NCBI GenBank assembly: GCA_951406725.2
Contig: OX597835.1
Coordinates: 47,244,001-47,308,000, forward strand
Direction of reading: 5' to 3'
From: Octopus vulgaris
Lineage: Eukaryota
DNA length: 64,000 nucleotides
The position numbers and the translations under genes are program-made. This document shows positions 52,473-64,000 of this stretch, piece after piece. The notes under the pieces were generated by a model. The model worked only from the letters and a program-made list of their open reading frames with translations, did not search any database and had not been told where the DNA came from. The first letter of the stretch is position 1. Every line of letters begins with the position of its first letter.

Positions 52473-54017
52473 CAGTGGGGGGAAATAAATATTCGTACAT
52501 GTCAAAATTCTTCATTTATTTAATTTCTAATGAACATAAATGGGATATACCAATACTATATTTGCATACACATGCATAAACTAAGAATATGCAAAAGAAG
52601 CTAATAAATTATAGTAACTAATGAATTTATATACAATTATAAATATTTAGGGGTGAAAAAAGTATTCGTACAGAATAAATTCATGATTTTCTATGCCACA
52701 AAATACTGTTAAAGTAATATTTTTTTTTACTAGAACTTTTTCATTTGTTCCAATAATCTTATCAGTTGTCATTTTTAAGTGTCAAAACGCTTGCTTCTTC
52801 ATTCAGCACTGAGACAACGTAAAGTAGTTTCGTAATAATGGCGAAAAGTAAAGAACTCACAAATTCAGTGAAAAACTTAATTATTGAACTGTGGAAAGCA
52901 GGTAAAAGTTACAGGAAAATATCAGAGACCCTTTGTATTCCATTTACTACCATATCTTCATTTATTCAAAGATATAAAGAATTGGGAACTGTTGAAAACA
53001 GGATAAGATCCTGTGCACCACGCAAGATTTCCACTAGATCTTTTATAAAAAGGAAGGGAAGAATCGAAAAAAAAACGCAATGATCACCAGAAAAGAGTTG
53101 CTAGAAAATTTGTTAGCTTCAGGGACTAGTGTTACACTACGAACAATCAGCAATGAACTTCATAGGAATGAACTGAAGTCACACTCTCCTAGAAAGACTC
53201 CGCTGTTGACTAAAAGGCATAGGGATGCCCGTTTAAAATTTGTTTAGGAACATAAAGATAAATCTGATACATTCTGGGAAAATGTTCTATGGGCAGACGA
53301 GTCGAAAATTGAATTGTTTGGACGAAATTCGCGTAACCATGTTTGGAGGAAAAACACAATTCCTACCGTAAAGTTTGGAGGTGGCAACATAATGGTGTGG
53401 GGGTGTTTCTCTGCAAATGGTACTGGCAATTTACATGTGATAGATGGTAGAATGAATGCAGAGATGTACCAAAATATTTTGAACAATAATTTATGGGACT
53501 CAGTAGAAAAGCTCCAGCTTTGTGAAGGGTGGGTTTTACATGGATTGTCGATCACAATATAAAATTATTAGAATGGCCAAGCCAGTCACCTGACTTGAAC
53601 CCTATTGAAAATTTGTGGCGTTATTTGAAAATTAAAATTCATTCAAGCGCCCCAACGTACATTGCAGATTTGAAGAAAATTTGTCAAGAAGAATGGGAAA
53701 AAATTCCTAAAGAAACATGCAAGTCATTGATTAAGAACTACAAGAAGAGATTGGTTGAAGTGGAACTGTATAATGGTTATGCTACGAAATATTAAATCAG
53801 AATTATCAGTTATTTATGTTCTGTACGAATACTTTTTTCACCCCTAAATATTTATAATTGTATATAAATTCCTTAGTTACTATAATTTATTAGTTTCTTT
53901 TGCATATTCTTAGTTTATGCATGTGTATGCAAATATAGTATTGGTATATCCCATTTATGTTCATTAGAAATTAAATAAAGAATTTTGACATGTACGAATA
54001 TTTATTTCCCTCCACTG
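52473..54017 (+). mobile_element. Tc1-family DNA transposon, IR/DR type, decayed transposase
   Basis: TA|CAGTGG...CCACTG|TA with ~200-bp TIRs. Transposase 52838-53795 has [30 protein letters not shown] and WPSQSPDLNPIENLW, with frameshift, stop and internal deletion. Confidence 0.93.
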
Positions 54018-56549
54018 TATATGCTGCTTAGTGGTGATATTACAAAAACATGTATCTAATATCTACACACACAAACGCAGGTGTGGCTGTGTGATAGGAA
54101 GTTTGCTTCTTAACCGCTCGGTTCCGGGTTCAGCCCCACTTCGTGGCACCTTGGGCAAATGTCTTCTGCTATCGCCTCGAGCCGACCAAAGCCCTGTGAG
54201 TGGATTTGGTAGGCAGAAACTGAAAGAATTCCGTCGTATAACGCGCGCGTGTATGCATGTGTGTGCGCGCGCGTATGTGTGTGTATTTGTCCCCCACCAC
54301 TGTTTGGCAACCAGTGCTGGTGTATTACGTCCCCGTAACTTAGCGGTTTGCCAAAAGAGACTGAATAAGTACCAAGTTTTTTTAAAAAAGACTAAGTACT
54401 GATGTCCCAGTTGGATTTTGTTGGCGACTTAATTGTCGACATCCTAACAAGGTCACTCAACCTCCGAGGTAGAAATAGCAACCAAATCACTCTCTAATCA
54501 CAGCCTGGTGTCTCAAATTCTTTTCTACGCTAGGCACAAGGCCCGAAGTTTTGGGGGAGGGGAGCCAGTCGACAAGATCGACTCCAATACGCAACTGGTA
54601 CTTAATTTATCGACTCCCGAAAGGATGAAAGAAAAGTCGACCTCGGCGGAATTTGAACACAGAATGTAAAGATAGACGAAATACCACAAAGGACTAAACA
54701 CAGAGAGGACAAACAAGGACAGACAAACGGATTAAGTCGATTACATCGACCCAGTGCGTAACTGGTACTTATTTAATCGACCCCGAAAGGATGAAAGGCA
54801 AAGTCGACCTCGGCGGAATTTGAACTCAGAACATTCAGACAGACGAAATACCGCTAAGCATCTCGCCCGGCGAGCTAACCATTCTGCCAGCTCGCAGCCT
54901 TCGCCTGGGGTCTCAAATCGAGAAAGAAACGTGTATACAGATGTGCCCCGGATACATTATACCTTAAACAAAGATAGGATAGTTACGGATGGAACGCTTT
55001 TGTAATGGTGTAAATAGAAGTGATGTGAAGGGGTTACATGATACCTGGTTTCAATATTTCCTGGGATCTAAAAAAAATAAGGGTTAAAATTTGCGCATAT
55101 TAAAAACTAGTATTCACAGAGAAAAAGAGAAAAACTTTTGTATTATCGTCAGAAAAAAATTATTTCCAGAAGCCCTTATTCTCTGATTAATTAGGGCTGA
55201 CCTTTTTTATGCGGCTTAGTCAGCAGGCAAGAGCAGTACCCATGACCTTTTACAGGACCCCAAAGACTTGTAGAAGGGACGGAGAGGGTTACATTCAAAC
55301 CAAAAGCGCCTACCCCTAATGCAACAGTATGGGCCCCGCTAAAGGCTTTCAAGGGGCTAGGTGCTGATTTTAAACTGATTGACGGTGTATGTCTATCACC
55401 CAGGTAGGAAGGTCAGATTGAGACTTAGAGGGATCCCCGGGCAAATATGCTTTGGGGGGCCCTGGGCCAATAAATTTTAGACCTTTTAACCGCGCCAACG
55501 GTTTTGCTAATTCAAAACTTAAGATAATAAATCTAGGGGCCCAAAATAGTTTGAAGAGGTCCAAAAACTTAAAAGGGCTTCAGTAGATTCAGAGGACTCA
55601 GTTAGATTTAATGGCTTTTTAAATCTGAAAGGGTCCAATAAATCCAAAGAGAGCGCTCCATAATTTGAAAAGAACTCTGTTGGATTTTAAAAAATTAAGC
55701 AAAAACAAAATTACAAATTATTTGATTGCTGTAAATATACTTCTAAATTTTTAATTCCAAGCTTTAGGCTTCTCTAAGTTAAAGGCCCCTTCCCCTCCCC
55801 CACAAGCTTGCAGATTTCTGAGCCATGGCTCATATTAGTCCATACATAAATCCTGTCCTGTATGTAGGTCACGGTGGAATTTGAACACAGAACACAAGGA
55901 ACTGGAACACAGAACACTAGGAACTAGAACACAGTTTAGAAGGCATCTCCCGTTCGCCAGTAGACTGGCCAAGTCAGACCCTGAGACTAGCAATTTATTT
56001 ATCAGCTCTTTAAAGATGAACGACAAATTTTACCTTGGCGAAATTTGAACTCATAATTAAATACCGTAAGCTATTTCATCTGATGCTCTAACGACTCTGC
56101 CAATTTACCGCCCTGGTTACTGAACGACAACAACAACAACAACGTTAACTGCACTCCATTTCCCGCTGCTTCCTTCTCTCACAATATCTGGCTTGGTGCC
56201 AACGTAAGGAAATACCATTATTTTCAGTGATATCTTGACTAAATGAGAATATGCCTTTGGCATTTCGCCAATATACAAATCCAGGTAACATAAACGAGGA
56301 ATGTGTGTGATTACAGTTGAGACTAAACTTAGATTTCGTAATCAGAGAGAGAGAGTGGGGGAGGAGGAGAGGGTGTGAGTGTGTCTGTGATTGTGTGTAC
56401 GCATGCGTGTATTTATCGCGGATAAAACATTAAAGTGCATCCGGTGATGAGGCTTGGGCTCGAGAGTATGGAATTACTTCTAAGTAACCATTATGCTTAA
56501 TTCTGTTCTATCGTGGGCGTGCAGAATCTGTCAAGTGGTGATATCTACC

Positions 56550-56860
56550 GCCCCCCTCTTAAAAGTGGCTGTTGTGTTAGAACAGACTATACTGCGGTAG
56601 ATACCATGAGAGAAGCTCTCTTATTGGCTTTTTGGTGCAAAATGCTTTCTTGTTTATATCGCTAGCGGGGAGATAATCCCTGCCGGAAGGTTGAAATCAC
56701 GTGATCCCTGGTGGCACATGGAGATGGAGGGGGTTTATCTCCCCGCTAGCGATATAAACAAGAGTACATTTTGCTCCAAAAGCCTATATGAGAGTTCCTC
56801 TCGTGATAATTATCGCAGTATAGTAATGTTCCAACAGAACATCCACGCTTAAGTGGGGGA
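56550..56860. mobile_element. palindromic MITE-like element; related partial copy at ~57590-57885
   Basis: cttgtttatatcgctagcggggagataa / ttatctccccgctagcgatataaacaag, with imperfect outer arms (~125 bp). Confidence 0.6.
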
Positions 56861-56971
56861 TAAATATTACGTCTCGGTGTTAATACTGCCTCTGTTTCTA
56901 ATATATATGTTTTTAACCAGCTCACAGGCTAATCGCGACACCAGCGCCCGTTGTGGCACTGTTTTTCTATA

Positions 56972-57580
56972 TACCTATTTTTTTTACTACCCATAAGGGG
57001 CTAAACACATAGAGGGGACAAACAAGGACTGACAAACGGATTAAGTCGATTATATCGACCCCTGTGCATAACTGGTACTTATTTAATCGACCCCGAAAGG
57101 ATGAAAGGCAAAGTCGACCTCGGCGGAATTTGAACTCAGAACGTAGCGGCAGGCGAAATGCCTATTTCTTTATTACCCACAAGGGGCTAAACACATACAG
57201 GGGACAAACAAGGACAGACAAACGGATTAAGTCGATTATATCGACCCCGGTGCATAACTGGTACTTATTTAATCGACCCCGAAAGGATGAAAGGCAAAGT
57301 CGACCTCGACGGAATTTGAACTCAGAACGTAGCGGCAGGCGAAATACCTATTTCTTTATTACCCACAAGGGGCTAAACACAGAGGGGACAAACAATGACA
57401 GACAAACGGATTAAGTCGATTACATCGACCCCAGTGCGTAACTGGTACTTAATTTATCGACCCCGAAAGGATGAAAGGCAAAGTCGACCTCGGCGGAATT
57501 TGAACTCACAACGTAACGGCAGCCGAAATACCGCTAAGCATTTCACCCGGCGTGCTAACGTTTCTGCCGGCTCGCCGCCT
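56972..57580 (-). mobile_element. SINE family A, head plus three tandem ~185-bp bodies
   Basis: One head at 57530-57580, with junctions aaagaaatag|g(t/c)atttcg at ~57347 and ~57160. Confidence 0.88.
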
Positions 57581-58639
57581 TATATATGTTTTTCTATATA
57601 TCGCTGGCAGGGAGATGAGTCGCTGCTTTCACTAGCAGTTGAGTGTCCATTACTGATAAGACCAAGGAAGGTCGAGATCACGTGATCACGTGATCTGGTG
57701 GTCTCGGGGCTGGAGATGCCGAGGACTTAACTCCCTTGCTAGCGATATAAACGAGAATGCACTTTGCATCAAAAGCCAATATGGTAGTTTCTCGTGGTAA
57801 CTACCGAAGTATAATTTGTTCTAAAAGAACTTCCATGTGTAAGTGAGGATAATTACTACCCCTCGATGTTAATACTGTCGCTAATATATATATCTGTCAA
57901 GTGTCCTTGTTTGGGGTCAAATAGCAAAAGGTCTTGTGGCTAAGACATTCTCGACGAGGTGCAAAGAACAGGTTCTTAGTCACGTGTCACCAAAGGCTCG
58001 CCGGTATGTGGACGTGTCCGTGTGTCACGTAACGCGCTTTAGCATTAATTAAAAAGGGACTGTAATTCAAGGGTTAACAAGGAGGGCAGGATACGGGCAG
58101 AGTAAACTGTTAATAAACGAGCAGAAGGCAACGGGACACACCAGTGCGGAAGCTTTTCAAAGAAAAATCACGAGTCTTCAGGGGCTTGGCTATGAAGGTC
58201 TTTGAGTGTAGTGGGTAGGAGGTAAGTAGGAAGGGAGGAAGTGACAAAGCGAGGGAGAAAGTGACCAAAGGAGGGAGGGAAGAAGGATGGAAGGAGTGAC
58301 CGAATGAAGTGGGGAAGGGAGGGTTGACAGAGGGAGAGAAGGAGGAAGTGATCGAAAGGGGAAGGACGGGGTGACCGGGATAGGGAAGGAGGAAAAGGGG
58401 AGTGTCAAAATATTTCCCAAGGGAGTGACCAAAAGAGTGACCTTTAGAGGGAGGGAATGTTGAAATATTTATCGTAAGGAACATTAAAAATTGTAATTAA
58501 GGAGTTGGAATGAGTAAAAACAAAAACAAAAAAAACCCTTAGGGTCAAAATTCTACAGGTCACATACCGATGCAATTGGGTGTTACAAAAATAACGGAGT
58601 GAATTGAATAGCTTTGATTAACTAAGCCTGGTTATCGCC

Positions 58640-58886
58640 CTGGACGGTTAACAGAGGAAGCAGATTTCGTGTGTGGCAGATGTATAGGTCGAATAAACAC
58701 GAGAAATGTACAGAAAATGGCAGTGGCGGGGTGGGGATACTTAGAAGTAGTTGATAGCTTCTGTTATCTGGGTGACCAGATCAGCAGTGGAGGTGGATGC
58801 TCTGAGGGCATAGTTGCAAGAACAAGAAGAAGCTGGGCAAAGTTCAGAGATCTTCTAGCTTTGTTGGCAACCAAGGGCCTCTCCCC
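58640..58886 (+). mobile_element. RTE LINE internal fragment
   Basis: FVCGRC..LEVVDSFCYLGDQISSGGGCSE..WAKFRDLL..TKGLS. Confidence 0.85.
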
Positions 58887-59782
58887 CCCAAAGCGAAAAG
58901 TAAAGGTAAAAAAGGCAAAGTTATCTACTTCAGTCATACCGACTCATGAGAGCCAATTTCCCGGTTTCCATAGCGAGTATATTCCCCCACCTGGATGGGA
59001 CGCTGGTCCTTCGCATGGTTGCTCATTGTTGCCAACTGAGTGCACTGGAACAAGGGGTTATGGTGTGTTTTGCCCAAGGACACAATGCATCACCCGGTCC
59101 CGGAGTCGAAACCACAATCTTACGATCATACGTTCAACACCCTAACCACTAAGCCACGATACTTTCTAGCGGTAAGCAAATAGGAAATAACAGTTGCTGC
59201 CCAAGGACAGAAATTGTTTTATACAGTGTAATATATTCTTTTCTACTCGAGGCACAAGGCCCGAAATTTTGGAAGGAGGAGGTTAGTAGTCAATTAGATC
59301 GACCCCAGTACGCAACTGGTACTTAATTTATCGATCCCGAAAGGATAAGAGACAAATTTGATCTCGACGGAATTTGAACTCAGAACATAAAGACAGACGA
59401 AATACTGCTAAGCATTTTGCCCGGAGTGGCTAACGATTCTGCCAGCTCACCATGACAGGTATATTCCCCCACCTGGATGGGATGCTGGTCCTTTGCGTGG
59501 TTGCTCATTGTTGCCAGCTGAGTGCGCTGGAAAGAGGGGAAATGATGTGTTTTGCCCAAGAACACAATGCGTCGTCCAGTCCCGGAGACGAAACCACAAT
59601 CTTACGCACATGAGTCCAATGCCCTAACCACTACGCCACGATACTTTCCAGGGGTAAGCAAATAGGAAATAACAGTTGCTACCCAAGGACCAAAATCATG
59701 TTACACAATGTGATATATCGATCTTTCTGTCTGTTCAACATTTTATTCTTTATTTCTCTCTTTCCAGGTTCGAACCTCGAGA

Positions 59783-59885
59783 ATGTCTCCAAAGGCAATC
59801 GCGCTGTGTATTGGTGCGGTGATGGCGGTGGCCATAATCGCAACACTTTTGGCCACTTCCATGAAGAAATTGCAGACATATGAAG
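59783..59885 (+). CDS. SPFH/Band-7-like membrane-anchored protein, first coding exon (exon 59768-59885)
   Basis: tttccag| at 59767/59768, ATG 59783, MSPKAIALCIGAVMAVAIIATLLATSMKKLQTYE (hydrophobic anchor), donor G|gtaatt, phase 1. Confidence 0.78.
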
Positions 59886-60584
59886 GTAATTCAGGGCACA
59901 TTTGTAATTATGGGCGCGGCTGGGTGGTAAGAAGTATGTTTCTCAACCACACGGTTCTGGGTTCCGTTCTGCTGCCTGACACCTTGGACAAGGGCCTTCT
60001 ACGATAGCTCCATGTGTGTGTGTGTGTGTGTGCATCTGTGTGTTTGTGTGCGTGTGTTTGTCTGTCTGTCTGTAATTGTGCATAGGCGGTGCCCCAGCAT
60101 GGCCGCAGTCTAATGATTGAAACAAGTAAAAAATAAAATGTGAAAGATGAAAGATATCGTCATTAGCTACAGGAATCCAACTGCACAACTGTTTCTGACA
60201 CTAAGAGTAATAAGGGAGTGTCTGTAAAACTATGCAGAACAAATATCACAAAGGGTTTTTCTTTTTCTCACTAATATACAATGATCTCCCCTTCTCTCTC
60301 TCTCTCTCAGATACACACACACAAGCACTCATACACATGCACACATACACACACACGTAGGCACTCACATGCATGTATACACACCCTTACACACATGTAT
60401 ACAAGAGCTTCCTCACAGTTTTCGTCTACCAAATCCCCTCATTGGCTTTGGTCAGACTGAGGCTATAGTAAAAGACATTTGTGCCCAAGGTGCCATGCTG
60501 TGGAACTGAACCCAAAACCATGTCGCTTGGAAGCAAACTTCTAACCAAACAGTTATGCCTGCATCTATATATACTTTATATATA

Positions 60585-61110
60585 TATATAAAACTGAGAA
60601 TGTGTGTCTGTCTGTCTGTCTGCTTCCCTAAAACTTGAGAACTACTCAACCAATTCCATTCAAATTTTACACATGCCTTACTTAGGGTCCGGGGAGTGTC
60701 ATTGAACTTTTTGCCTAGGGCAAGCCCACAACAATATCATATCTTCTCCACTACAATTCTCTAAAACTTGAGAACTACTCAACCAATTCCATTCAAATTT
60801 TACACATGCCTTACTTAGGGTCCAGGGAGTGTCATTGAACTTTTTGCCTAGGGCAAGCCCACAACAATATCATATCTTCTCCACTACAATTCTCTAAAAC
60901 TTGAGAACTACACTACCAATTCCATTCAAATTTTACCCATGCCTTACTTATGGTCCATGTAGTTTCATGGGCAAAATAAATGTTCAACTTCTTGCCTAGA
61001 GCGAGCCCATAGCAATATCATATCTTCTTCACTATTTCAGTATTACGTGTTAAAAGTGAAACAAAAGTATTTATCTATTTTATGTCAGATGCTTTCACTT
61101 TAACAATAAG
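60585..61110 (+). mobile_element. Helitron/DINE-like 5' region with three 133-bp tandem units
   Basis: tatataaaac...(GTCT)n start. Units begin at 60628, 60761 and 60894. The 3' limit is uncertain. Confidence 0.55.
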
Positions 61111-61894
61111 AATAATAATAACAATTGAATTATATGTAGTAAGTAATAATTAAAATCAAACTAAAGTATAATATAATTGTAACAAAACAAAAGTAAAAAT
61201 AGCAATTGGTATAAAATTGCATCAATGATTTGAACTTGAATAAGTGGTTTCACATGAATGGGAATAAATTAAAAATAAAATTAGCGTGCAGAAATGGAAT
61301 AGTCCAGATGGATACTAAAAAATTAAATTAAAGAAAAGACTATTGTCTATAAAGTAAGCAATGTAGAGAAAAAAAGATTTGAACACATGGAGGAAAGCAC
61401 CTTCGAAAAGTGTCTTGGTGCCACTATGAAAGGTATCTAATCAGAGGCGGTAAATTCGCCACAATAGAAGCAAGGTTCGAGTCAACGGAGCGTGCAAGGG
61501 AGTACTCGACTCGAACTTGCAAAGTGGAAATATTTTATTTTTACCTTTATATCTGGGACGTAGGACGTCCCGGAAAAAAATTTTAAATGTCCCCCAACCC
61601 CGAAGTAGAGGTAGGCTGGATTGTAGCCACACTTCTATACAAAAGGGAGGACAAGATACAATTGATCGAAATTACAAGAGACGGGCTAACAATTCCAGTC
61701 TGTTATACATTTTGAGTATTGTTATCACTAGCGATATCAAGATATAACTTTGTATTTTGTATTTTATGTGTAGATATATATATATAGATGTACATGTAAT
61801 ATGTACACATATATATAAACATATATACATGTAATATATAAACATATATACATGCACTAGCACTATGACCCGGCAACGACGGGTCATAGTGCTA

Positions 61895-61925
<31 letters not shown>

Positions 61926-61972
61926 GTTGGAATTTACAAAAAAAACAAAACAAAAGACGAAGACGAGAAAGT

Positions 61973-62008
61973 CTTTTAGGTTTCGAGCCTATGCTCTTCA
62001 ACAGAAAG
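61973..62008 (-). ncRNA. minimal hammerhead-like motif, variant core CUGUUGA (same family as 895-932)
   Basis: Minus strand cttt-CTGTTGA-A-GAGC atag GCTC-GAAA-CC-TA-aaag. Confidence 0.5.
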
Positions 62009-62201
62009 GAACACGAGGAAATAAACAAAGAGAAAAAAAAAGCAGTTTAGTGTCTAGCGATCAATCATGGCGAATACTGGACAGAGGGGTTGCACCGGAG
62101 AGCTAGGAGGAAGGGACGATAAAAAAGTAGTGGTGATCTCAAAATGAAGGTGCGCGTGCATATGTGTGTGAGAGCATGTATGTGCATGTGAATAAGGGCT
62201 A

Positions 62202-62259
<58 letters not shown>

Positions 62260-62504
62260 GTGCACATACACACACATAACAGAAGCACAAATAAAGGTTA
62301 CAAACCTCATTAAGGGATAGTAAAATCCTATGAAAGTACTGGTTCGTTACCTATAAAAAGAATGTTGAACAGTATATGTAATACTCAACTGCTACTAGGT
62401 AACTATATATACCGTGGTTTATATATATTCATATATTATAATAAGATGAGAAAATTGAAAGGTAATTAATAAATTATCTATTAATTAAAGAATTGACAAA
62501 CATC

Positions 62505-62587
62505 CCTTACAGCTGTTTCAATTCCAGACCTTCAGACAATTAATTAATTAAATTAAAAATTATTTGAAGGTCAAATCTCTTCAGAGG
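62505..62587 (-). ncRNA. type I hammerhead motif with long stem II
   Basis: Minus strand cct-CTGAAGA-GAT..GACCTTCA..TGAAGGTC..ATT-GAA-ACAGCTGT-A-agg. Palindromic stem III, GUA triplet. Confidence 0.75.
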
Positions 62588-62654
62588 TAGATAAAGATAT
62601 ACAAAATAGGTGTTCAATTTCCCCATGTTGAGTTAATGGTTTGCAGCCGTTCTC

Positions 62655-63290
62655 TCGTCTCTCTTGCATTCCATGTCTGATCCCTCTTATGCATAATTTT
62701 TCTCTCAAGATGCTTACACCCTGGTGAACATACACACTGACATTGCACGTGCAGCGAAGCATACTGGCTTCATCTCTTTCAAGCCTATACATGTTCCTGG
62801 CTGTCACAGCCCATGTTTCATTGCCATGTAGCACAGCTGTTCACACACAGGTACCATACAATCTGGCTTTCACCTTGAGAGAAAGATGCCCTTTGTTGCC
62901 AGCAGAGGTAGGAGCTCTCTGAACTTTGCCCAGCCTAATCTTATTCTCACACCTATGCTCTCAGAGCATCCACCTCCACTACTAACTTGGTCACCTAGGT
63001 AACGGAAGCTATCCACTACCTCTAGTTGGCCCCACTTTCTAGTTGACGAAGTCTATTTTCTACACATCTCCAGCATTTATTGTACCTGTGCTTGTTCCCA
63101 CAACAAAAGCTAGTTTCCCTGTTAACCTTCCTCTGATATTGCTGACCCTTTTGTGTGTCCAAATCTTACACTGGGTACATCTTATGGAGTTTCTACCTAC
63201 GCCTTTTCTACAGATCGAACTGGGTCATTTACCTGAAGGGATTTGTGATTTGTCTGCCTTCCTACTTACAAAGACTTTGGTCTTACAATT
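62655..63290 (-). mobile_element. RTE LINE internal fragment (same family as 38856-40610)
   Basis: GKWPSSICRKGVGRNSIRC, EVVDSFRYLGDQ and LHGNETWAVTA on the minus strand, with frameshifts. Confidence 0.88.
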
Positions 63291-63317
63291 GTAATTATAT
63301 ATCTTTTTCTTGTCTAG

Positions 63318-63454
63318 TTGGTCTCATCTACAACAAAATTACCAAAAGACTCCAAGACAATCCAAAGTTTGAAGGACTTCATCTTGGACCTCCTGGTTTC
63401 ACTTTTATCATATTCCCTAACGTTTACCAAACCAAAACCTTCAATGGCATCATG
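63318..63454 (+). CDS. SPFH/Band-7-like protein, second coding exon; gene continues beyond the window
   Basis: ctag|TT GGT ... ATC ATG|gtaagt, 137 nt, phase 1-0. (E)VGLIYNKITKRLQDNPKFEGLHLGPPGFTFIIFPNVYQT fits the N-terminal SPFH pattern E.G+.....G....PGLH. Family assigned from motif recall. Confidence 0.75.
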
Positions 63455-63582
63455 GTAAGTTCCTTATTTTATTTCTACATAGAAACACTACCCACTCTCT
63501 CTCTCTCTCTCTCACTCCATCTTTCCCTCTCGCTCTCCTTCTCACTCATTCCCTCTCTCTCTTCTTACTCCCATTCTTTCAT

Positions 63583-63620
<38 letters not shown>

Positions 63621-63648
63621 TTTCCTTCTCGCTCTCCTTCTTACTCAT

Positions 63649-63724
<76 letters not shown>

Positions 63725-64000
63725 ACACACACACACACACACACACACACATGCACAAATGTGTGTATGTGTGTCTCCTTGCCATCACATCATGTTATAG
63801 TCGTAAATGAGCGCCACTGTTATAAAAGCAGTGTCATTCATTTTCAATATTCTAGAAAAACATGACTGGCCATGGGAACATATTACCATGCTCGGAAACA
63901 GGTTATCATTGGATCGTTGGTGACAGAAAGATCATCTGTCCATAATAATCTGGGAAAATAGACATTACAACAATGTTATACATGGATATATATGTATATA

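Overview
Animal genomic DNA, rich in microsatellites and transposable elements. The repeat families look cephalopod (Octopus-like), which is an inference. Two spliced protein genes diverge from the middle of the window. (1) A PRDM4 orthologue on the minus strand: 9 coding exons reconstructed by hand with consistent GT-AG phases, 28954 to 9098, about 986 aa from the first supported ATG. It has a low-complexity N-terminus, PR zinc knuckle, PR/SET domain, 7 zinc fingers and a long acidic tail. (2) The 5' part of a plus-strand gene for an N-terminally anchored SPFH/Band-7-like protein (exons 59768-59885 and 63318-63454), continuing beyond the window. The rest is tRNA-derived SINEs, RTE-clade and R4/Dong-like LINE remnants, a decayed IR/DR Tc1 element, mariner/MITE/Helitron-like elements and minisatellites. 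The most notable non-genic signal is a set of at least six type I hammerhead-ribozyme-like motifs of the Penelope-associated kind, in four or five short non-coding repeat families. One sits downstream of a tRNA-like Pol III head, and one has a sister copy whose 5' end falls at the predicted cleavage site. Other highlights: an expanded spacer in the PRDM4 zinc knuckle, SINE concatemers that re-enter at a fixed site, a LINE 3'UTR that seeds minisatellites, and a 37-bp array of nuclear-receptor half-sites. All coordinates were read by eye, and repeat boundaries are approximate.
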